A stretch of 64,000 bases of DNA from Callorhinchus milii (Eukaryota). The number at the start of each line of letters is the position of its first letter. The first letter of the stretch is position 1. The notes under the pieces are model-generated. The model ran no database searches. It was not told the origin of the DNA and saw only the letters and a list, made by a program, of their open reading frames with translations. The DNA lies in the NCBI RefSeq assembly GCF_018977255.1, contig NW_024704748.1, positions 16,058,001-16,122,000 of the forward strand, in the 5' to 3' direction. The translations under genes and the position numbers were made by a program. Of the stretch, positions 1-10,683 are shown piece after piece.

Positions 1-751
1 AGAAACTAAGAAACCTTAGTTTCTCTAGAAGCAATGCAGATCAATATAAAACCTACAAAATTTAATTTGAAAGCACGATACACTTGAAATGGATACACAA
101 GTGGTGAAACAATTGTACATTTATTATTGCCCTCCAGTATATACATGGGATGTAAATGATATACTTTCAGGTAGAATACACTTAGAAGATTTTTAGAAAA
201 TAAATTACAGAAATATTTGTTCATTAAAACAGGGTTTTGAATGTTAAATTTATTTTTTCTTGAAACATTAATTTGAAAGCACAATACACTTGAAACATAA
301 ATTCTTCATTAATTTCTCAGTGCATGGAGCCTTTGTCCGTCCAACAGTTGAACTCAACTGCCTGTTAATTTACAGAGATGGGTTCAGGATAGATGGAATG
401 CAGCTATCTCTTGGTGTAATTTCAGTATGTAAATGTTAATTTACGTTTGTATCCTCTGTGATCCAACCTCTGTGTGATGTGTTAAAATTGTGCATTGGCA
501 CAAAGCCTACCAAAAAAACTACCATAACAAACTTTCAGCTAATTAAACATATTAATCTATTATTATTAACCTGCAGTTATTATTTCTAACTTTCTAATGG
601 TTTTAAATGAATAGAATTGTGCATATCATTTGCAGAATTTCTAGGTTGTTACTGTACCCAATAACAGTTACATGTGTTTATAAGTATTCCAAATTACAAG
701 TATGAAATTCATCTCCATGAAAATCATTCATTTCCATTGAAAAGAATCTTT

Positions 752-910
752 AAAATCAGCCAAGTTCCCATTCATTCCCAATGATGCCAATTGTATCCAT
801 CCATGTCAGGTGATGATTAGGCTGGAGTCTGCAGTCGTTCTCTCATGGCCAAATAGCTTACCAACATTAACTATCACATAAGGAATGGCCACGTAGGACT
901 TACAGAGGTC
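752..910 (+). mobile_element. Fragment of an ancient SINE family (here family C)
   Basis: aaaatcagccaagttccc...aaatagcttaccaaca...aggaatggccac resembles the reverse complement of 59689-59930 and 54487-54725. Confidence 0.4.
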
Positions 911-2977
911 CCAGTAATGTAACTCACTAAAGCACCCAAGTGCAGGAGCCAGACTCCAAGTACTGTGTTTAAGCAAAACTTCCTCCCTATACGTACTGTA
1001 TTCCTTTATTAAAAAAATCCTCCCTAAAATTTTTTTGGAAGAATTATTCGTTGTAGATTTTCACCTTTTAAACAGTCATTTCTACAGATGTAGGGAGATT
1101 GCCTATGTGACTGAAGGGATTAATGTACACAGTTACAATTACATAGTTACCAAAGTGCTGTAAATTAAAAAAAATGAAATGAAGATTTTAAAGTTAATGA
1201 TGCTGTTTTTTTAAAAAGCATACTTAAATCTAAATATCTAAATCATCCAATATAATATAAATATGTGATCTTAAATCATCCTGATCGTTGGAATTGTTGA
1301 TTCTAAAAGATATACTGTATGGGTCAACTTTGCATATTATCACACTAAAAAAAGGATTTTTTTTTAAAAAAAACTTCTAAGTTTGGGTTGTTTTAAATCA
1401 CACTATGGGACCTCCTTTGATGGCATGCTGCCCATATGCACAACTAAATGAACTGAAATATCCATTGATTGACACCCAACATTGTTTAATTTTATAATTA
1501 TAAAAAGCCTGATTTTTAAAAAATGCACTGCAGTTAAAAAAAAGTGATTTATACATTTGTCCATGCATTTATTTGATTACTAAAACCACCTCCTGCGGTG
1601 GTTTGGGGAGGAGTACTCTGAATTGAATTGATGTGTTTTAAACCTGATTTATTCTGCACTTTTAGCTTTCATTTGATGGGAAAACAGAAATGAATCTATA
1701 CTTAACTGCAATGTGAATCGAGCAGCCTTGCTCTTGCAGTTTATGATGTCAGCTGAGCTATTCGATTGTTACCATGGTGTAGCTTTTACTGAATGTTAGA
1801 AGTGTTTGATGTGGTTAAAGCCTGTGAGATGAACATGGTTGAGTGCACTCTAACTTATACAGTAATGAATCTATAATGGATAATTGGTGAAAAGTCCGAT
1901 ATAAACAGCTTGTTTGGCAAACTGTCTCAAACAGTGTAACTGACCTTTTAGGATATGTTTGAATGAAAGGCTGTGTGGACCAGTTATACAAAATGAGGGT
2001 GGGCTAAAGGACTACCAGAACTGACCTTTAAATGTTTCATTCATCTTTACTCTCTGTTTAGGTATCAGAAGATATCTATGCCTATTATTGCTAAGATATT
2101 GCATATCTCACTGGATGGTATTTTAGTAGTTTGTATCACAGCATTTTAAATCACCGTTTAAGTTTATTTCTGCATAAATGTCATTGCCACAGATATTCAA
2201 ATGTTAACTCGAGGATATAAATGTATTACTACCAAACCTGGCTAATCTATTTATGGTGGTCGATGGCCAGGCAATTTGTATGGAACATTCTTGCATGAGG
2301 CAAGCAGAGAAGTGGCAAAACCTTGTGTAACAAAAAGGTTGATTGCGTGGAAGAGTTTACTGAGGATACAGAGCAGAGAAATTAGAGAGAATAAAGCAGG
2401 ATGAGTTTAGGTACAGGTTAAAGTCTCACAAGGTGCTCACTGCACAAGCTGGGTAAGGATAGGAGGGAGAACATTCCAGCAAAAAAAAGGGAAAAGGGAG
2501 CTTGGGGGGATAGCAGTTGATTGCCAAAGTTCACTTCTGAGCAATAAACTGGCAAACATTGTAACAGGAAATGAGGCATTTAACATAGTTGCTCTATTAA
2601 AGCCATACGGAAAAAGAAGGCAAAATTCCTCCAGGAAAGGAGAGAAATTCACAGGAAAAAATAATCCCAGACATGTTAACTTATGGTAGACATTACAGCT
2701 AGTCAGAAAATATGCATATTACCAGTTTTTTAAAAAATACTTCCACCATCCATCTTGTATGCTTCATCTTCAAAACAAGCGCAACAGTTTTAAATGTTCC
2801 TCTGTGATTTGCTTCAAAATGCTTTTGTTTCTCAATCAAATGATTATGCTACTTCCATCCAGTACCCATACCTTCCTTTAGATTGTATTCATGCATGGTC
2901 TTTAGAAACAAAATAAAGTAGGCTGCCTTGGTGATTGGGCAGATTTGGTCTTAGAAAACATTTCATGTATAATAGTG

Positions 2978-3006
2978 CTCTAACATGCTTTTTCTTTTTC
3001 CTACAG
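2978..3006 (+). promoter_or_regulatory. 3' splice acceptor of the CCSER2 last exon
   Basis: ctctaacatgctttttctttttcctacag directly precedes the conserved peptide; the ORF part upstream of it is intron-like (FFFF from the pyrimidine tract). Confidence 0.8.
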
Positions 3007-3945
3007 CCTCCAGTACTACAGCCTTCCAGCCACATACTCAGCTCCAGGGACATCCACGCGGAAAAAGTAGCAAAAACAGTGCATATCGAGGACCCCAGTA
3101 GGTGTACGGAGCAAGCTTCATACGAAAACTGCCAAACCAATCAAAATGCAAAAGTTACTGATTCCCCACAGATGGATTCAGACAAGCTTAGCTTCCTGTT
3201 AACCACACAGTTGAAGATTGAAGATTCTGATGACAAGCTTCCAAAGAGCAAAGTGCACAATACAGCCAGGCAAAGTCTAAATATTCTGCCTAACTTTTCA
3301 TCTAAGGAACATGGTCCTAATCAGGCTTCTTTGCAACAGATCTGTATTGCTGGGCCTTTAGAATTCGCAGAAGAAACCATAAATAAAGACTATCAGCCCA
3401 AATTTTCCTTCAAACCATGTCAACCTTCTAAGGATTTAAATTTCACATCCCAGAACCGGTCTTCACGATTGCAGTCCCCTTCATCCTTAAAAGCTAGAAA
3501 GAATGCTGCTCCAGTCACTCAAACAGGTCCTTTACCTACAAAATGTCCAGTTCAACCAACCGGACATGCCCCAAAAGAAAAGGGACATCAATCTCAGCTA
3601 AAAATACCCTTAAACCTATCAAACCAAAACAATGAACAAAAGAGAACCTCTAAACTACCACCATCATTGTATTTATCACTTCTAAAGACTAAGACTGCAG
3701 AGTCCTCAATTGAGTCTGGATCACCAATCAGAGAGATTCAACATGCTGAGGCAACTGGTCACCAGAATGAGCCCCACTTTCAGTTTCTACCAATAAACAA
3801 GCCACAGAAACCCCAGTCATCCCGAAACGACCGCCCTGGAAAGCAGCGTGAATCCCAGATAGAGAAAATTGCAACTTCCATCAGATATTCTCGCCTTCCT
3901 AAACCAAAGATGCATGTGTCCAAACCCTCAAACTATAGCTTTTAG
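3007..3945 (+). CDS. CCSER2: Terminal coding exon of coiled-coil serine-rich protein 2 (CCSER2/FAM190B/GCAP14), phase 0
   Basis: Branch point CTAAC (2980-2984), then a polypyrimidine tract and CAG (3004-3006), then an open frame to TAG at 3943-3945. The translation starts PPVLQPSS, contains NQN..RTSKLPPS and ends ATSIRYSRLPKPKMH. This matches my recollection of the human last exon (PQVLQPSS...NQNLKASKLRPPS...ASNRYSRLPKPKIH). A CCSER2-like paralogue is not excluded. Confidence 0.85.
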   Translation, partial: PPVLQPSSHILSSRDIHAEKVAKTVHIEDPSRCTEQASYENCQTNQNAKVTDSPQMDSDKLSFLLTTQLKIEDSDDKLPKSKVHNTARQSLNILPNFSSKEHGPNQASLQQICIAGPLEFAEETINKDYQPKFSFKPCQPSKDLNFTSQNRSSRLQSPSSLKARKNAAPVTQTGPLPTKCPVQPTGHAPKEKGHQSQLKIPLNLSNQNNEQKRTSKLPPSLYLSLLKTKTAESSIESGSPIREIQHAEATGHQNEPHFQFLPINKPQKPQSSRNDRPGKQRESQIEKIATSIRYSRLPKPKMHVSKPSNYSF

Positions 3946-4571
3946 AGTTAGACAGACCCTATTACTAAAATATTCCATTGCAGGATACCCTGCATGGTAA
4001 AAGATTTTATCAGCCTAGACTTGGCAACTATTTGTTTTTACCTGGTCCACTTTTAACTCACCAAGGAACTGATTCTAAAGGACAGCTCCCGCAGACCTGA
4101 CTGATGCAACGACTAGCTACTGTCTTGATATTTAGAACATTTGAAGTTTCTTGAAACGGTTTATTATTGCAATTTATGGCATTTTGGTTTGGACGAAAGT
4201 TTTGCTCAAAATACGGGAAAAAAATTGCCAGGGTGGAGCAGAACAAGACAAGAAAAGATTAGCAGATGGCAGTTTATAAATCTGTAATGACCTGGATGTA
4301 AATCAGTCAGTAGTAAAAGATTATTCGTATCATGACTAGTGGGATTTCTAGCAAATTCCCAAAGTAACTATGGTACGGTTTGTTGCACTAACTTTAAAAT
4401 ACTGAATACAAATGTCTTATATTTCAATTAAACTGCATTAAACTGCACTGTAGAAGGAGGAACATTTTCAGTTGAATAGAAAGAGCCTGAACAGAACAGA
4501 CAGCTGGTTACCTTGCTTTAAATGTAGGTAATCTAGTGATTACATTGTTTACTTTGAACGAAAATCTAAAA

Positions 4572-4577
4572 AATAAA
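4572..4577 (+). terminator. Candidate proximal polyadenylation signal of CCSER2
   Basis: First AATAAA I found after the stop, followed by a U-rich tract. A more distal site may be the real end. Confidence 0.35.
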
Positions 4578-5004
4578 TTGAAGCTAATTTTTTTGGATAG
4601 TATGATTTCTACAATACTGCAAGTTGTGCATTAGAATGTCTGTTATACTGACTATTATTTGAAAGAAATGAAGATGAAGTCTGATGCAGTTTAAAAATGG
4701 AAAAGGGTTCCCTTAAGTTAGGTTAATTCTCTCTCTCTCCACTAGTAATGTTGTTTGCCAGAATCTTAGTGAGCACAATTTGAAAGAATAGTCCAGTTCT
4801 TCGTCATACAACTGCCTCTAGGCAAAACCTGGAATGAATTGATTCTTTGTCTATTTGATGGACTATGAATCCTGGGTTTGAGTAAATCGATGATTACACT
4901 GTCACTGACATTAATTATTAAACACGTTACTTTCCTGTCAATTAGTTCAGCATATCTTTAAATTATTATTATTATATATTTAAGCTCATTGGCTACAATA
5001 CAAT

Positions 5005-5210
5005 GGGTTTTGGTTTGAATGCAAATCAAACTGATAGGGTGATATTCTTTCTACCGTGACAACCTACAGTTTGAGTGAAAATCTTCTTATTGTATTGGCT
5101 TTTAATACTCTGTGAATAGATTGGATAGTCACAAAATCCAGTTTCAGGGATTACCAGCCCATACACAAACGTTTGCACAATCTCTGTGTAATTGCATCAC
5201 TAAAATAGAT
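5005..5210 (+). mobile_element. Highly decayed LF-SINE-like remnant
   Basis: ggtttgaatgcaaatcaaactgatagggtga...tgtgaatagattggatagtcacaaaatccagttt...cacaaac loosely follows the LF-SINE consensus as recalled. Confidence 0.3.
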
Positions 5211-5242
5211 GCTAAACTGTAGGTTGTCATGGTAGAAAGAAT
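5044..5242. repeat. 29-bp inverted repeat (arms 5044-5072 and 5214-5242)
   Basis: attctttctaccgtgacaacctacagttt versus aaactgtaggttgtcatggtagaaagaat: 28/29 complementary, 141-nt spacer. Confidence 0.95.
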
Positions 5243-6904
5243 TTTTGATTTCCCATTCACATTGTTGAAAGATAAAAGAAAGAAACTGTATCATTTGTTG
5301 CAACTTATGCATCAAATATACCACATTTAATTCTTTGGTTTAATGAAATTCCAGAATTATTTTTGTTAATGTATTAGATTAAATATGATGATCTCTCCAT
5401 CAATCGGTTAGATATAACTTCTCAGTTTTTAAATCATATGCAAGTCCTGGAGCTTCTCAACTACTGCATTACCCAGCAAAAATCAGCTAAATATTCAGTC
5501 ATTTAAGCAGAAAACTAAACTTTAGTTTAATTGCAATAATTGGTAAATATTCAGTCATTTGATAGAAAACCAAACTTTTAGATTGATATTTATTTTTGAT
5601 GTGTGATGGAAATTTTTTAATTCTTATATCAGAAATTGTGACCTTGTGTAACATTAGCATCAGGTAGTTCAAATATGGGATGTGCAGTTTTAAGGTTGAA
5701 AATAGTTTCCCAAGGGACATGTTGGTGCAGCTACTTTAATGTCCTGAACCAAACATTCTGATACCCGTGTAGTGAGGGTAAAGGGGAGTCACAAGCTCCA
5801 AGTAGCTCCATGAGGTTACATGCAGGTTGAAGTAACCTTTTTGATCGACAGAAACCAGGAAGCAGGTTGCCATTATCTCTGGCAGGGATGAGATTTATAT
5901 AGGGAAACTTAAGTAGACAAGAAATTAGAGAAACTACCCTAAAAAAGTGTCTCAAAATCTTTATTGTAGGAACCCCCAGATAAGAGTGTTCTATTTCTTT
6001 TTGCACTGTGTAGTCATCGCAAAGATAAGGTTTAGTGATAAACATTACTGAGAACTATGACTTCTCACCAATTTGCATCATAAAACCTTTTCGCTTCTCT
6101 GTGTCACATTTGTAAACTTGATGATTTGAGCAAATGGAAACCATAATACGTAACATCTAGTTTTTGTAAAACTGTATTTTAAGTTATCAAATTAACAAAA
6201 AGATACACTATCCATAGATATTGTAGATTATTTTTGTTTAGCTATTGCCTGATACAATGCAAATGTAAAGTAAAATTTAAGTTAAGCAAAGGAGTTAAGA
6301 TGTTATGGAGGCTTCAGATTTTGTTATTCGGCAAGCACCAAGATCTGTCAGGACTGCACAAAGTGACACGTAAATGTCATGATAAGTGTCCTTTTGTGGT
6401 GTTCTACATTTTAGAATAGCCAACTTGAATTATGCATACAAGTTAGGTATAAATGTCATAATGGCAGCTGAATGCTCTGATTTCTTGAAACAAAAACAGA
6501 AGTCGCTGGGAAGACTCAGCAGATCAGGCTCTGATTTCTTTGTTGTTCAGTGCTTTCCAGGTCCTTGCAGATTTATAATCTGCTAAATATAAATAATTCT
6601 GTGTTAAAAATGCCATGCTCCATGCAAGTGCAATATTTTGCTCATATTAAAATAAGGTATAAATAATACTTATATATAGATATATAGATATGCAAAATGA
6701 ACTATAAACTGAAATTCTGAAGTTGCGTAATGGAGAAAAAAAACAAGTAAGAAATTGCACTTTAAATAATTTTATGTGTCATTCAGTTGTGCCTATGCTA
6801 AAAAAGCAGTGTCTGCTCTGATATGGGATTAAAATTTCTCTGCATTTATTCAGTAAATATTTGTTAGCTGGATCCTAACTATTGTTTTCACTGATTAGTA
6901 ACTC

Positions 6905-7225
6905 GTGGAGTCCTGTAGCTCAGTGGTTAGAGCACTTGCTTTGCAAGCAAGAGACCTGAGTTCAATTCCAGGCAGGGCAAAACCTTGGGCAAGTTTCCTT
7001 ACTCCACACGCCTAATAATAATCCCTCCAAAACCAAAAAAATAATAATAAATTGGTCATTTTCAATCTACGACTGTTTGTGGGACATTGCTGTGCGCAAT
7101 TGGCTGCTGCATTCGCCCACAAATATACAGTCAATTCACTTTAAGTGTGTTCTGTGAGGCGCTTTGGGATGTCCTCCCGACGTGAAAAGCGCTATATCAA
7201 ATGCAAGGATTATTATTATTATTAT
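6905..7225 (+). mobile_element. tRNA-Ala-derived SINE (family A, short subfamily), full length
   Basis: A box (tagctcagtgg), anticodon arm cttgc-tttgcaa-gcaag, B box (gagttcaattcc), DeuSINE-like 3' body, tail aagcgctatatcaaatgcaagg(att)n. Several near-identical copies in the window. Confidence 0.93.
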
Positions 7226-8002
7226 AACTTGACAATTCCCAGTAGGTACATTTTTATTATGTAATTGACGAGGTCTTATAATATTTTAAAAAGAAATTTA
7301 CATTGTTCCACTATTAACCCTTCTACAGAACCCCTCTACCCCACCCTCCTTCTTCCTCGAAAATTCTAACATTAGTCCAACCCAGAATATTTGAAAAGAC
7401 AGGAGGAAAGAAAAGTACAATAAAAAATGAGGTCACACCAATTAGCAGCAATAAGGTATTTTGTGATTTTGATGACATGTACAAGACCAGATTTTGGTTT
7501 CAAAATTCAGCCAGCTGTTTTCAGTTTGACCATACCTGCAGGCAGTGTCATATTCTGACTATATCTTGACTATCTGTTTAGCCTCTACAGACCCTGTTGA
7601 GTCTGCATCTGCCTCATACTGTACCATTTGCAGTCTCAGATAAAACCTTCTATATTCTGAGACTTATAAAATTAACCGCCTCCCCTGCCCAACTCCACCT
7701 TCCATCAAATGCCCTGGTGGCGATTTTATATATGCAATTACATGTAGTTCTATTTTAGAGCCCATATTTTGGGGTTATTACAAATGCTGCATTTCAGACA
7801 TCAAAGGATCAGACAAAATAAACTGAGAAAAAGCACAATTCATTCCAAAATAATTACAATACATAGCTTCTAAAGTGAAGCAAATTCAATTGAGATTTAG
7901 GAGAATTCTTCATTTTATTGTCCTTGGAGGAATTTGTTGGCTTCCAGAAATATTTTCAAATGCTTGCGACTGTAGACACTAATTTACTTACACTCTTATT
8001 CT

Positions 8003-8195
8003 ATAGTGGAGTTGTCACGAAACAGGCCATTTGGCCCAACTAGTCAGTGCCAGGGTTTATACTGCCCCTACCAATCCCCTCTACTATACCTCACTATTCC
8101 CTTCTCCCTCAAATATTTCAATTATATAGATCTAACTGACTCATGTAGATTTTCTGTTCTATTAGGAGACTTCCACTCTCATGCACTCTTTGTAC
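8003..8195 (-). mobile_element. Old CR1 LINE 3' fragment
   Basis: aaacaggccatttggcccaac...ccttctccctcaaata...ttccactctc resembles the reverse complement of a CR1 3' end (compare 32066-32300). Confidence 0.45.
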
Positions 8196-10620
8196 ACAGT
8201 AAATGATAGGCCTGTAAATAGTCAATAGAAAGTGAATTGCATTCCAATTTCTGTTTATTCATTAGGAAAGTTCCCTGCTATGACTTCTCAAGGTAGCCCA
8301 GTCAATTCTGCAAACTTAAAAAAAAGGGAATGAACCTCTCTTATTACATTGCATTACAGCAATTTTGTTGGTAACAAAATATTATACCACTAGAAATTTG
8401 TCTTTTTTTCGTTGTGTAGAAATGTCATCTCATGATTCAAATGAACTTCATAATTAGTTAATTATAAATTTCTAGCATGGACACCTAGAACATATTTCAA
8501 ATTGATGTTATCTGCTTTTCTTATAGTTTAGCTTGTTTCTTTTATAACTCTTATGTACAGAACAATAGCAGTCTGTGCAGTGGCATTTGCCCTTCTTTCA
8601 TTGCACGACCAATGGCATAACACTGGCACCAAGAAACCAGTCTTGGTGCTTATTCTCACATCTTCAATTGCTTGTCTTCATGGCATATCTGTCTGCTGGC
8701 CTTTCTCCAATATTTAAGGAAGATTCATACAGACCATCATTGCACAAACCCTGTGTTTCTGGCTTTGTTACTGTGTGCTGCGACCTCATCCCACCTCCAA
8801 CCAAACAAAAGACAAGTGACTCACATCACCAGAGGCCAAGTTTAAATTGATATCTCTTGTTCTGCTCCTATGCCAAATAGGCCTTTACTTGAAAGCAGGC
8901 TCAGTACCTCATAAGACAACACTACCATATCATATTTTGTAGCACAGTTCATTTTTCCATAAAAATGCAGCAATTGTAGTCCCCAAAACAATGTCTCAAC
9001 TGTGGAATAAATTCTGTTGGAGAACACCTAAATACTGTACCAAATTATTGAATACAGGTGAATAACTACACTTGTAAATAAATAGCTGGAGTGAGATTGA
9101 TGGAGATTAATAGAAATAAGCCCTTGTTCTAAAGTAATGGCTACTTAATGAACCCATGGAATAATGCAAAATAAATAGATTTATCTATTAGACATCTAAT
9201 AATATGCAAATACTATTAGCCTAATTCTCACCCAACCACAACCCAAAAAACAAGACTATCCCTGCTAATGGGTGGTGTTATGTTACTGAAGCTCCATATC
9301 TCTCCAGTTCAACTGACTTAGTCACCCAGTTAGTGGTTTTACACTTCACTTAAACTCAAAGCATTCAAACCATATTAGAGAGCCTATTACAGTACAGTAT
9401 TTTGTTTCCAATAGAAAACTTGCTGGCCTTTTGGAGGCTAGTGAAACATGAACAAAGGACAAAGTATGGGCCAGAGAGCATTACTTCAGATATTGTTAAC
9501 CTAGTAGTCAGTTTGACCTCAGAATTGATTAAATTGACCCAATTGATACAGACAGATCTGACAGACTAAAGTGTCAAGCAACCCGTAGGCACTTGCACCA
9601 GAAATCTTTAGACAGTGAAAAAGCCTACTTTTCATTGTATCACCCGTGGCCCTTAACTATATTGTTTATGCACAATGTCAATGGCATTTTCACATGCTAG
9701 AAATCCTAGTGTATTGGTTGTCTTTTTTTCTGTTGTGATGAAGTTTCCTTGTATGGACTGCAAGGCAGAAAAAAGGGGTAGGAAGGGGATAGAATACAGC
9801 CTATGTCTTTAGTCAGTGAACAGGATTTCTGGTTTAACATTTTCTTTTTAAATACCAATTTTACCAGGAAACTAGATATTTGTTTTTTGTGACCTAAAAA
9901 TGGGGAATAAATTGAGTATACACATTTTTAGATTATTTGGTTAATTACATTTCCCTTCATGATAATGCAAGTACTGTAGGTACAATATGAAACAGGAACA
10001 AAGCCATTTATCAATGTGTCAATTGCCTCTTACTTTCAAACATAGTGAAGTAAATCCACATCCTTTAAAAGATAAATACATTATATGTTGGAGAGGAGCA
10101 ATACTGGAAAAAAATCCTTTCTTCTAATACTGTATGTTATTGTGTCAAAGCAAAGTTTCGATAGTAAGACTCTTGGTCTTTAGTCCCTTTCATATAACAA
10201 ACCTTTTTAGCTATAAGGTCTTTATTTCCAAATATATCTCTTAACAGTAAAGGCAGATAAGCATCACATAATGCATAACTATGTATTGTGAAATGTTTCA
10301 CTAGCCCAGAGAACATGATCAAGACTGCAAATGGCTAACCTCAATACATGAATAACCTGCATTTTAACTGTTCTCGAAGACTGAGTTCTTCGCACAAAAT
10401 GCCAGTACAATTTTTTTGAAGACAGTATTGAAACGGGATAGGTAGGAGTTTCTTTTTAATTGATGTCACAGTAAGACTATTAGCTATGCTTAGGTTTCAT
10501 AGTTTGAGTCATTGTAGAATCGAATTTACAGCTGTTCGTGCAGCACTGCTGTTAGATTTAACAATGCTGCTGCAGGTAGAAAGAGGGATTTGCCCCTCTT
10601 TCCCTGTATACTGGGTAATG

Positions 10621-10683
10621 AACAACAGCAACTTGCATTTATAAAGCGCCCACCACGTAGGGTAGTGTCTCCGTGCGCTTAAA
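10621..10683 (-). mobile_element. L2 LINE 3' tail fragment
   Basis: aacaacagcaacttgcatttataaagcgccc matches the tails at 43131 and 47361. Confidence 0.7.

Noticed and set aside
2935-3006. N-terminal part of the 336-aa ORF as coding
   Set aside because: It is the intron end (branch point, pyrimidine tract, AG); CCSER2 similarity starts at 3007.
6908-6980. tRNA-Ala gene
   Set aside because: It is the head of a multi-copy SINE, has an imperfect T stem and continues into the SINE body.
8929-8946. CATKYD-encoding 18-mer shared with 16549-16566
   Set aside because: Short, not extendable, plausible by chance.
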